Shown here piece after piece: positions 1 through 11,600 of a DNA stretch of 64,000 nt. Source of the DNA: Vitrella brassicaformis CCMP3155 (lineage: Eukaryota > Protista > Chromerida). The stretch is taken from positions 388,856 through 452,855 of the forward strand of contig CDMY01000385.1 of NCBI GenBank assembly GCA_001179505.1. The letters run 5' to 3'. Position 1 is the stretch's first letter, and each line of letters starts with the position of its first letter. The position numbers and the translations under genes are program-made. The notes beneath the pieces are model-generated. The model worked only from the letters and a program-made list of their open reading frames with translations, ran no database searches and was not told where the DNA came from.

Positions 1-3000
1 AGCGGCCAGCACAAGCCACCCAGCTTTCAACCAAACAACCTACCTGATGAATGAATGGATGGATGGATAGACTGGATGCCTCCCTCGACGACTGTGTGTC
101 TGTGTCTGTGTCTGTCTGGTATATATTTAAGTGAGTGCTGCGTACACGTCGTCTTGTCTATCTGTCTGTCTGCCTGCTAGCTAGCGGTGTTTTTCCAACT
201 CAAGCGGCCTGTCTGTCTGTATGTCTGTCTGTCTGTCTGTCTGTCTGCGGCTGATGCCCAGCCCACACTCAGACAGGCCGTTCCGAGCTCTACATGCTCT
301 CCCTATTTGCAATCCCTCCCTCCCTCCCTCCCTGCCAACCTGATGACTTGATGACCTGATGACCTGATGATTCGCTCACTCACCTGTGTGGCGAGGCTCC
401 CCCCACAGAGACTCGCTCACTCCTCTCCGACCGACCTGCATTGCATTGCATTCGTTATTGTCCGCTCGTTTCTGGTTGATCGATATGCCTCTGAGTAGTC
501 AGCCTGTCTGTCTGTCTCTCTCCTTCTCTGTCATCTCGCTTGTTCGCTTGGTTGCTTGGTTGGTTGGTTGGTTGATTATCTGTCTGTCACGTGGGATGGG
601 ATGGTCGGGCTGCCCCAGACGGGCAGGCAGGCCATCGCCCTCGTTTTTGTCTCTCGCTCACTCCATCACTCACTCGCCCACTCACTCACTACACTCTCTG
701 TTCCGCTGTCTCGGTCTTTTGTATCGACTGACTCGCTCCGTCGCGGCCGGCCCCTCCAGCCCTTTCCCGTCGCCCCACCTGCTTGCCTACCCTGCCTGCC
801 TGCCTGCCTGGGTGCCTGTTAGCCAGCCTGCCTGCCTGCCTGCCTGCCTGCCAGTCAGCCAGCGGGTGGGTGACCGAGGGGTCTTAACGATTTCAATGTG
901 ATGAGGTGATCGCCGCCGTTTTCCTCTCGTGTGGGGCGGACACACACAGACAGGATGGATGGGGGATGACTGAATGGAGAAGGGATGGACGGACGGGGCA
1001 CCTGCTGATGATCTCTGTCTCTCTGCCTGTCTGCGGATGGTTGGTTGGTTGGTTGGCTGGTTGGTTCGTTCAGGTTGCTGATGTGGCTGCCTGGCTGGCT
1101 GCTGAGAGAGGCCCCGTTGTCTGCCTGCATATGTGCGTGTGTGTGTGTGTGTGGGTGATGCCTCAAGACAAGACAGTTGTCGATAGGATGCCTGCATCAT
1201 CATGCGTGTGTGTCTGGATGTATGGATGCATGGATGGCCCCGCTGCTTCGTACCGATAGCTGGGGAGGGGGGGCAGAGGGAGGGAGGGACAGGTGAGGTG
1301 AGGCGGGGGGAGGCGGTGTGCGTCGTGTTGTGTTGTGTTGTGTGTTTTGTGGTGTGGTGATGCGATAATGATGGCCATCCATCCATTCATCCATTGCGAC
1401 TTGAGACGCCTAATTAAGCTGCTCGCCCACACATACACCCACTTCACCTTCATTCGCTCCCGCCCGCGGCCGGCCTGCCTTGCTGCCTGGCCGGCCGGCC
1501 GGCTGGCGGACTTTCTCGTGAGTGACACCTGCCTGCCTGCCGGCCTGCCCTGATGGATGGATGGCTGGCTACATACCGCCCTTTTTGTCCGTGTGTTGGT
1601 GTGTGTACTTGCTCTCTCTCCGTAGCGATCTTGCCTGTCTGGTGCCTGCCTGCCAGGAGGGCTCGCCATACAGTCTGTCTGTCTGTCTGTTCGTCTCTTT
1701 GTCTGTCTAATCACCAGCTGTCTGTCTGTCTATCTGGCTGTTTTCAGGCTGAATTAAGGGGGCAGAGGGACGGGGAGGAAAGGCAGAGCACAGCCACCCC
1801 ACCAGACAGAACAGACGCCCGCACACCACACCGCACACCGCAGACAGGCACGACCCATCCCCATATATCCCCGTACCCACACCCACACCCACACCAACGC
1901 GGCTCTCAGGAACGGTGTAAATACTTTGGAGCAGCCGGACAGTTGCATTGCTTGCATTGTGAGCGCCTTTACGACAGACAGACAGCAGCAAGCAACCGTC
2001 GACCGACTGGGGTAGTGGTGGGTGGGNNNNNNNNNNNNNNNNNNNNNNNNNNNNNNNNNNNNNNNNNNNNNNNNNNNNNNNNNNNNNNNNNNNNNNNNNN
2101 NNNNNNNNNNNNNNNNNNNNNNNNNNNNNNNNNNNNNNNNNNNNNNNNNNNNNNNNNNNNNNNNNNNNNNNNNNNNNNNNNNNNNNNNNNNNNNNNNNNN
2201 NNNNNNNNNNNNNNNNNNNNNNNNNNNNNNNNNNNNNNNNNNNNNNNNNNNNNNNNNNNNNNNNNNNNNNNNNNNNNNNNNNNNNNNNNNNNNNNNNNNN
2301 NNNNNNNNNNNNNNNNNNNNNNNNNNGGGGGGGGGGGGGGGGGGGGGGGGGGTGGGTCACCCTTCTTCCACCCATCCATAACACATTGGGTGCCTGTTGT
2401 GCGTGGGTGTGTTGGTGCGTCCGTGGTCTGGTGGTTGGTGTTGTGTGTGCGTGCCTGCCTTTGAACCGACTTTGTCGCTCGCTTCCTTGGCTGGGTGAGT
2501 GGAGGAGAGAGGCGGCCTCGATATATCGATGGCCATCTCGTCCACCCAACCGCCCGCAGCCACTACACTCACTGACCTTGTCATAAGCTTACCTCACCTT
2601 GCCTTGCCCTGCCTTGGGCTCTCTCTCTCTATCATACCACACCATACCAGCGAGCGGCCCTCCTGATCGCTCTCTCTGCCTCTGCCTGTCGCTACGAGTG
2701 TGTGTGCGCATGTGTGTGGGGGCGTGGTGGATTTTCAGTCTTAATACGACGGGGGGAAGCTGACCGAGCTGTGCTGTTGTGCTGTTGTGCTGGCTGCTGT
2801 GGTGCCTTGTCTGTCTGTCTGTCTGGGGTCTTGTCTTCTGAGAGAGAATGAGAGGGCGGGTGCATGTCTGTCTGTCTGTCTGTGTGGTTGGCTGGTTGCT
2901 TGTTCACTCACTCCCCTGTTCGTTTGTGCCGTGCCGTGCCGTTGGTTGCCTTGCCGTGATCATGCTATGCTCATGCAACGAGGGGTGCAAAGTGGTCCAG

Positions 3001-5900
3001 CCACCGAAAGCACCATCAAACCATGCTGCTGCGATTGACTGGGGCCCTCTCTCCCTCACCCCACACACACCCACACCTTTTGTAAGATAGCCGAGTCACG
3101 TCACATACCTCTCCCACGCACAGGACACAACACACCACACCACACGCACCCGTGCCGTGCCGTGCCGCCAGCTAGGATAGCCATCTGCCTTCTGTATGTG
3201 ATTTGCTGTAAAAGGTGACTGACTTACCTACTGACCGACCGACCGGCTGGCCGTGTGCAGTGTCGATGGATGGATGGATAGATGGATGGATGAGACGTAC
3301 CTAAATGCGATCGACGACGGGTGTCTGTCTGTCTGTCTGTCTCTGTTGTCATCTTCTGGCCAATATGCAAGTGAGCCGGTGGCGTCACGCGCCGCCCGCC
3401 CCACGCCGTGCTGTGCACCGAGGAGAGAGGGACAGACCAGACCAGACCGGCCAACGGTATTTTTGTCTTCTCTCCCACTCAGCCCTCGTGTCTTTGTCTC
3501 GTCTGTGTGCGCGTCTGTCCGTCTGGCTGGAGGGGTGTCTGGGGGGTTGAGGGAGGGGGTGAGGGAGGGAGAGGGAGAGCTGCATTTGGTCTTTTCTAAC
3601 TAGCTCTCTATCGCTTTCGCCTGTGTGCTTTTCCCTGCCCTGCCCTGATTGGTTTGCGAGTCCTCTCTGGGGCGAGATGGATGGCATCGAGAGATAGCGA
3701 TGGATGGGACAGAGTGTTTTCAAAGCGGCCGAGCCGGTGGGGAGCGCGGCGGGCCGGTGATTGAGGGCAGGAGCAGCAGAGAGGCGTTCTTCCTTGCTTG
3801 CTTTGTTTGTCTGTTGGATGGCGTGTTGGTCGGTTCGGTTGGTTGTTTGTATTTGGTGTTTGGTTTGGTGTGGCGGGGCGGAGCTTTCTTTTTTGGAGAC
3901 CGTCGCCGCCGCGCTTTACGTACCTACCGACTTCTGTTGGGTGGGGTTGAGGGAGGGGGAGAGCTGGCTGCTGAGTGAGTGGTCGATTGGTCGGTGCGAG
4001 TGTGCATCAACGGATTTTGCGTCCATACATCCATCCATACAAGCATACATACAAGCATCCACACAGACATCCGCACCACACCCATATATCAGAGATGCAT
4101 ACATACGCACTTACACACTGCACAGGGATGGGTGACCGGATGGGTGGGTTGATGGACGCCAGAGCATGGCACACGAGACATGCAGGGCCGGAGGGGCATT
4201 GTGGACGTGGCGGGGCGGGGCGTGGCTGTGGTGTGTGTCGGGGTTGGTTGGCTGAGTGTGTCGCCATTTAAACACATGTTCGTTCGTGCCTCATGATCAC
4301 CATTTTGTCGCATTGGTTGCATTCATTGGTTGGTTCGCTGATGGTTGGTTGGTTGATTGGTGTGCACAGGGAAGGAAGACCAGACAGACTTCCAGACACT
4401 GCAGACACGTACGTCGAAGAATCCAGTATTTTTCACCGTGCCCTCCCCCCATCCCCCCACGCCCTTCGTGGGTATAGACAGCAGACAGAGAGGAGAGAGG
4501 TATTGATTGCAGCATTGGTGGGTAACTCAGGCATGCGTCCCTTCCTTCACTGGTCTGTTCTTTTTCGCTCGATTGTTTGCACCGCACCTCACCCATGAGA
4601 AGGCTCCGCGTTGTTTGCGTCATATGGGGCTTACGAGTGGGCAGGCATGGCACACACAGCGGCATAGCACTCATCTTTTTCCCTCATCCAGTCCGAACAC
4701 ACCCACTCTCTCTCCCCTCCCACTTGCGCACCGATCGAAGGGCGCACACGACCCTCTGTACGACTCGACTGTGTGTACTTGAGTGCGCGCCTTCCCTCGC
4801 GTTTTTCAACCCGTCGATTGATTGACCCTTGGGAGAGCACCTCTATGCATCAGATTCTTGATGATTCTTCCTAATTAAGCCGACCGGGCTTGCTGCAGAT
4901 GCTGTGGTGGACTGGGGGAAGGAGGGGGTGAGGGTGTCATGTCTGGGGGGCAGGGGAGGGGAGGTGCGTGTGTGGATGCATTTGCACTATTCGGTCTCCT
5001 CTTCATTCATTCTTGACTTGTCGTGTCTCCACTAACTTGGCGTGCTGATGCTGGTGGTGCTGATTGCTGCTTGTGCTGTGTCGATAAGCCATCCCTTCCT
5101 TCCTACCCCTTGCCTGATGACCTTGCCCAATTGCTTGCTTTGCTTGCTCAGTGTGCTATGCTGTGCTGTGGTGTGGTCTCGTGCTCAGTGATGATTGTGT
5201 GGTGTGAGGTACATGATGTATGTGACGTGCTGCGCCCCTAGTCGAATGGATGGATGGATGGATGGGTGGCTGGCATGCGTGGTTCATGACAGGGAGAGTG
5301 ACTGAGGGTTGTTAAGGGGGTGTGGGGGGTTCCATGCAGGATGTGTCCACCTACCTGCCTCGCCCTGCCTGCCTACCTGCATTTTTGAAGCTCACAGCAG
5401 CACAGCACAGCACAGCAGGTCGGCATTCGCGAGTGGTACATACCTACCTTTTCCTGCACCTTACAATACAATCTCACACATGATGCCATATTTAGATTCT
5501 AACAACAATGACATTATGCCAGAGAAGAGAAGAGGCTAAGATGGGATGCGTGCCCCCTTGCCGTGACACATGCACACGCACCTGCTCTCGCTGATGCTGC
5601 CTTCATCCTTCGTCCATCCACTCACTGACTCACTCATCCAGCCGTGAATCGATTTGACGACTGCTGGCCGGTCGGCCGGCCGCCACTCTGCTCGTACTCT
5701 CACTCTGACATGGCGACTGACTCTTGCAGGAGTGTGCCTGTGACCGACTGACTTGACTGGCTGACTGACGCGAGGGGATGGATGGATGGATGGTGAAGAA
5801 AGACCGATCATCATGATGTGCGATGTGCATCGTGCCAGACTGACTTCCATGTGTGTGAACATGCGTGACGCCGATTGAGCTGTAATTATATTCTTGTTAT
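1..5900. repeat. Microsatellite-rich non-coding tract
   Basis: Dense runs of (CTGT)n, (GGAT)n, (GCCT)n, (GGTT)n, (TCAC)n, (CA)n. ORF-track translations here are low-complexity repeat products (e.g. [16 protein letters not shown]). Confidence 0.85.
2027..2326. other. Assembly gap (300 N) adjoining a poly-G tract
   Basis: Run of N followed directly by a G homopolymer. Confidence 0.98.
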
Positions 5901-5922
5901 ACTGACAGCACACACACGCCGT

Positions 5923-6459
5923 TCATTGTCTTCTCCGCAGCTCCCTGCCCGCAGTCCCATCAGCCACCTGTCTGCCCTCCTCGCCACCCACACTCCTGAG
6001 TGTCCTATCCCCACCACCCTCACACATGCTTGTCTTGCTGCGGCCACGTGTGGCCCACTTGCTGTGACACAGGAGCACCACTCCCGTGAGCATCAGTCCA
6101 GCCCCTCCCCACCAGGGCAGAGGCAGCCTCTCGCCAAACACCACACTCCCCGCACACCCGCTCAGCACAAAGCTCAAGGCGAAGTTGAGCGTCGTTGCCG
6201 AAGTCACCGTCATCTCCTTCATCGCGTCAACATATAGTTTCAGCATCACGGCATTCGACAACAGCCCCAGGGCCAGGCACACCGCCCTCAGATGCCACAC
6301 CAGAGAGGCCAGAAGAGCGTCACTGAGTAGCGGCAGGCGGCGGGATAGATCTGCGAGTAGGCTGTCATCGCTCCAGTCGAACGCCATCTTCAGCAGGCAG
6401 GATGCTGCAGCGCCACACAGGGAGCTCTTCACTGATTTCAGAGGCAGTCGCATCCCCAT
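5923..6459 (-). CDS. TMEM42: Transmembrane protein 42-like (EamA/DMT-like small membrane protein)
   Basis: MGMRLPLKSVKSSLCGAAASCLLKMAF...LGLLSNAVMLKLYVDAMKEMTVTSATTLNFALSFVLSGCAGSVVFGERLPLPWWGGAGLMLTGVVLL matches my recollection of the TMEM42 pattern (N..M...F...L...S...A...NF..S...G..VFGE....WW.G..L...G..L). Apparently single exon; start codon chosen by eye. Confidence 0.75.
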   Translation of the reverse strand: MGMRLPLKSVKSSLCGAAASCLLKMAFDWSDDSLLADLSRRLPLLSDALLASLVWHLRAVCLALGLLSNAVMLKLYVDAMKEMTVTSATTLNFALSFVLSGCAGSVVFGERLPLPWWGGAGLMLTGVVLLCHSKWATRGRSKTSMCEGGGDRTLRSVGGEEGRQVADGTAGRELRRRQ

Positions 6460-6671
6460 GGTGACTTTCAGAGCGATACCGAGAGATTTACCGATGGATG
6501 ATAAGATGCTGGCAGCTGTGGCATCGCACCGCCTTTTCGCTTCCTGTCCACTGCCGCCCTGAAGCCGCCCCGGCATCGCTCTGCATCTCAGCGCTTGCTC
6601 AGCGCCCCTTCCTTTGCGTCCATTCCCGTCACCAAGCCGCGTCCCCGTCATCAAGCCGCTCCTTCGCCACC
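6460..6671. promoter_or_regulatory. Putative bidirectional promoter (TMEM42 / LAGLIDADG gene)
   Basis: 212 bp between divergent start codons; the downstream ATG sits in a GCCACCATG context. Confidence 0.45.
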
Positions 6672-7780
6672 ATGCATCTGGCGATGATGATGCGACGCAT
6701 CTCCAGCAGCTTCGCAGCCGCTTGTCACTATGGCCGTACATCAGCACCATCTCCATTCCGCATCTCAGCACCGCCCTTCCGCTTCCTGTCCACAGTCGCT
6801 GCCAAGCCTCTCCTCCGCCATCGTGAGGCTGCTGGATGCCTGTCGCTGGTCAATCAAGACAGGCGACCCCTGACGACCCCTCAAATCGCCGGCCTCATCG
6901 ATGGAGAGGGATGCTTTTGGCTGTACAGGGGCGTCTACCCAAGGTTCAGCCTTCTAGAGCATCTGCAACAGTCCCTGGGTGTTGGCAACCTCTACTCGCA
7001 TATGGGTGCCAACCTTATTGCCTACGAGATTCAACTGAAAGAGCAGTGTCGTCGGCTGGTTGAGGTGTGTGACGCCTTCCCGCCACTGACGGTGAAGGGC
7101 CACGACTACGCCAAATGGAGGGAGGTCGTTCTCCGCCAGCACAAGAAAGGGGTGGCTGCAAGTCGCCACGAGTGCCTTGGCATTGCTGAGGAGATGAATC
7201 GTGGCCGCCCACATGGTGCTTCGACTGGCCTGGAGCTCTTCCATGACAGCAGCAGCATCAGGGAAGACGAGCTTCTGCAGTGGCTGTCGGGCTTCATCAC
7301 AGGAGAGGGCTTCCAGTGCCGCAAACTTTTGTGAGATTTGAAATCGAGCAACATCCAGCAAGCGCAAGACTGATGTGCTTCATTCGCGACTTCTTCGATG
7401 TCGGCCATGTGTACCGAAAGAAAAACGCCACGGCTTGGAACGTCTTCAAGCGAGATGACGAGAGGAGGCTGATCTCCCTCTTGTCCGACTGGCCCCCCTT
7501 TGGCTGCAAGCTGATCGACTTCATTCGCTGGCGCAGCTTCATTGAAGACAGTGACGAAGCCAGAAAGATGCACGGCAGCAGGTGGAAACATCACTTCGAT
7601 TGGCAGCCGTACGACCCAGCTGAGTCCCACCTTGCCTGGTACACGTGCAAGTATACCCACTTTCGATCAGATGTGCAGAGAGACAAACTCAGGCAATACC
7701 TGGCGGAGGGGCGGAAGCGAATCAGAGAGGAACGCAAGAGAGAGATGCATGGTGCGGATGGACCACAGGGCACTGAGTGA
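6672..7780 (+). CDS. Double-motif LAGLIDADG homing-endonuclease-like protein with N-terminal organellar presequence; frameshifted as assembled (possible pseudogene)
   Basis: Motif 1 IAGLIDGEGCF (6885-6911) is followed by LQQSLGVGNL and PPLTVKGHDYAKW. Motif 2 WLSGFITGEG (7281-7310) continues in the -1 frame as RFEIEQ...LMCFIRDFFDVGHVY...PPFGCKLIDFIRW. N-terminus MHLAMMMRRISSSFAAACHYGRTSAPSPFRISAPPFRFLST is Arg/Ser-rich with no acidic residues. No introns. Confidence 0.85.
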
Positions 7781-8685
7781 TGTATACGTGCGTGTAATGC
7801 TGGTCGACCAAAACACACTTCCACGAGACAGATTGCTTTCAGTCATCTCATACTTATATCCGCACGCTCCTCTGCTCTCACCATCTGTTTCTTTCACATT
7901 CGGTCAAGCTGGTGTCCGATTTCATCCAATGCATTTGGCATCCATCACTTCATCAGACAAGCAACAGCCATCACGAGCAAGGCTCGTTTTGCGAACAGGT
8001 GCGTGTTGACAAAGGCGGCGCAGGGAGCCTAACGTCCATGACCATGCTTTCCCTGGTCCACAAGCAAGCACGTCATCCCGCTTTGGACCCCACTTCTTTC
8101 TCAACTACGCACTCTGCCCGTCTGTCTGGCTTTCTACCCTCCTCCCAGGCTGGTGCGCACCTCATCGCGCCACGTCAGCGAGGGGGAGTCATCAAACCAC
8201 CACAGAATCCTTCCCATTCCCGCAGGCACTCACACACACACACACACACACACACACATGAAGATGGACATAGATACCCGACACACAACACAACACAGCA
8301 ACGAAGCCAGTCGTAGCACCACACAACAAAAATACGCAGGGCGGAATGCACGACACATCTCTGTTGTCCCTCTCTGCTGGCTGCAGCTTCAAGGCAGTCG
8401 GACACTCACGCACCGCACACCGAGATAGAAAGATGGACCAAAGCAGCAGGCACGCACACTCACCTCCCTCATGTAATCATGTAGCCATGCATTCCTCCCT
8501 CATCAGCAACACAGGCAGGCACGTCCACATCCATACGTGACACACACGTCATCATACATCCACACACACACACACACACACACAAGGTCAACACACATCA
8601 GCCAGTCACTTAACCAACCATGCGAGCCGATGCCGGCTGCCTCTCTGCAATGCAATCGATGAGAGGCCGGCAAAGACGGCAGCCG

Positions 8686-11600
8686 CTACCTCGGCCCAAA
8701 GTAGAAGTCCATCAGGTCGTCCTCATCATAGTCCTCCTCGTCCAGCTCGTCCTCCCACGACCCCCCACTCGCCCCATCGCCGCCTATCATGTCGTCATCG
8801 TCAACCCCCGCGTCAGACACGCCGCCATACGGGTACGGCGCGCCATACGGGTACGCTGACCAGCCGGTACCGTACATTGACATTGGTGGTATCCCCACCT
8901 CACCGGCGTACATTGCCCATGGCGGCGGATCAATCCCGCGCTCACCAGGCGCTCGCGGGAGGCTGCTCTCGAAGGCAATCGCCGCTTCGTGTGCCAGCCC
9001 CAGCTCACGGGTGAGGTACATCCTGATGGCCGAGACCACACCCGTGTGTGCCATTTGCTGTGCAGCAGCAGCAACAGCAGCAGGGGTCAGCTTAGGCGGC
9101 TCCTGGGTCTTGCCGTGCTGGGCGATGTGGTAGAGAGTCGTACCCTCCCGGATGGCGAAGAGATGGCCGAGCGGGAGTGAGAATGACGCCACGTGGCAAA
9201 AGGGAGAGGCATCCAACCGGAAATCTGAAGAATTATGCACACCAGAATGAATGAGCAGGTGAACGCTGGCATGAGCGTTTCTTTTGTGTGAGTCAGTCAC
9301 CTTGGTGCGAGCCTGGGAACAAGCCAGCGTCCTTGTACTCGCCCTGGCTGGAAGCCAGGAGATCCACATACGCCAGCAGGCGGCCCTTCGACTTGCCCTG
9401 CGTCAATACAGCCACAGAAGAGGCGCGGTGCAAACGCATCCATGCATGTTTGACTCTGCTTGCGCCGGCGACCTACCAGCCCTGTGAGAGGGTCTTGGTC
9501 GCCCTTGGCCTCAGACTGAGGCCGCTGCGGCTGCTGCTGCGGGTCGGGCGCAGGGGTGTCCGTGGGGTTGCCATCGTCATCATATTTCATGCTGCAGGAC
9601 TTCTCATGCTCGCGACTCATCAAGCCACCACGCTGCAGTCGCCACGGATACACAAACCACGGCTCACATGTGGCGCCTCACAAACTACCACCTCCCCGTC
9701 CAGCTTCCATACATCCTCACTACTCACCGCGATGGCCTCCAGCGAGACGGGGATGTGCCGGATAGCTGAAGGCATATAGTCGTTTAGCAGCGAATAGCTG
9801 AAACAGGGAAGAACCCCGCTACGCAGCAGCAGCCAAGGCTCCCGCGCGCCCCGACAAAGCAGGTTCTCTCTCTCTATCCTGAGTGCCGACCGCTCGGCAG
9901 CCGACGCCGCGGGACCGACGCGAAGCTCCGGGAAGAAATACACGCGGCTGTGGCTCATCTGGAAGGGATGGAAGACGCCATCATATCGCCACTTGCACTC
10001 CTTCGGTGGACGCGAGAAGCCGTTCCACAAGGTGGGGAACCCGGCGAGGGCCAGCGAGTGGGCTGAGTGGCCCACCCACAGGCCGAATGACGGAGAGGGT
10101 TGCAATGAAGGTACGGGGCGACGATTCGGAGGTCCGAAGCCCGGAGGCCCCAAAAAGCCGGGCGGCAGGCCTCCGACGCCAGGGAAAGTGGGAGGCGGGC
10201 TGTGGGGGCCGTCGTCATGGCGAGTGGCCTGGGAAGCCGGGCCGACGGCCTCTGGCGTCATTCGCACCTCCGTGCCGAGTCTGCTGTCCAGCCGCACCTC
10301 AGTGCCGCTCATGTAGTGCACCACGCGGAACCGGAGCACTTCCTGCCGGCGCCAGGCGATGGTATCATCGCCACAGCCGACCTTGGGAGCAATCATGCCC
10401 GCAATGCTCTTGGGGGGCCGCGACCGAGAGAGCGCGACAACGGTGTCCCCACGGCGTGGGTCACGCTCGAGCAACCCTGGAATCGAAACAGACGTACCAG
10501 AGGCCACAGATACATTCAGAGGGCATTGGATCCCTCTGCCGGAGAAATGCTATCTCACCTGGTATGTTCGGGGAGTATTCTGGATATCTGTCCGCCGTGT
10601 ACGCACCTCCTAATTCGGTCTCCGTGGCACGCGCGATCATTCTCACGTTGGTGAGGGTCGCCCCCAATCTCTCGGATAGGCGCAGCAGCACGCCGACGAA
10701 TGGCGACCCTGCGCTCACGAAGAAGGACACCTCAGGATGCCAGAAGGGGACGTTGCTCCCAATCTCCTCATCGGCGACCTTCGTGGGCGGCGGCTCCTTG
10801 GTGGGGTCAACCACTGATGTGGTCAGCCGCTTGCCGTCCGGTGTGAAGGTCTCCAGCCAGATGGCTGTCGGCAAGGGGTCGGGCGGCTCGCGATGGTCAT
10901 GCGCCTGAATGGCAAGGGAGGGCATCGACGCCTGACTTGGCGGGGGCGGGGTGGGGACCCACGCCTGTGCGGGAGAGGTTCGTGAAGCCCTTCGTCTCTG
11001 CCTGCCTCTCCCTCGACCCCTCCCCCGCGAAGGAGGGGCAGAGGACGGAGCGGCTGCTGCTGCTGCTGCTGGTGGAGGTGGGTGGCCCTTCTGGATGAGT
11101 TTGGGCGGCGGGGGAGGTGGGGGAAGTGGGATCCACTGGGGCTTCCTCCAGGGTTGAGTGAACCGAACCAGCACGACACTGCCGTCCACGCCAGCTTTCG
11201 TCGGGACCAGCAGCGCCGCGGGGGACAGCCTCTCGAATGAAGAGCCATCAAAGATTACCACCTCACCCTTGATTGCATCCACAGGCTCGTCCGGTCGCTG
11301 ACGACTGACACCCTCGCGGGCTGCGCGGCGTGCCTCGTACAGCGCGCGGTCCGCCTCGTATGCGGCGCCGACGTCGAGCGGCGGCACCGGGCCCTCACCC
11401 CCTCGTGCAGCGCCCTCATTTAAAGGAGGACTCTTCTTCGGAAGGCGCGCCGCATGCGAGTTGCAGAAGAACGCCCTGGAGACCACACAGACACGAACAG
11501 CAAGGATTGAGTACTCTTTCCGTGCTGGTCGGTGTCTGTGTGTCTTGACATACATACCTGCCGTGTGCCACGAACATAGTGGTGGGGAAGAAGGACAGTC

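Noticed and set aside
340-372. Tandem (C/T)TGATGAC units resembling snoRNA C/D boxes
   Set aside because: Simple 8-mer tandem repeat with no terminal stem or guide region.
2027-2350. ORFs spanning the N gap and poly-G tract (also 49573-50276)
   Set aside because: Artefacts of N bases; G/C homopolymers next to gaps are typical sequencing dropouts.
386-5900. Dozens of ORFs in the ORF track across the first 6 kb
   Set aside because: Translations are microsatellite read-through (CLSV, ACLP, THTH, WMDG repeats) with no domain or splice-consistent exons.
7320-7335. Programmed ribosomal frameshift in the LAGLIDADG gene
   Set aside because: No canonical X-XXY-YYZ slippery heptamer or evident stimulatory structure; deletion or assembly error is simpler.
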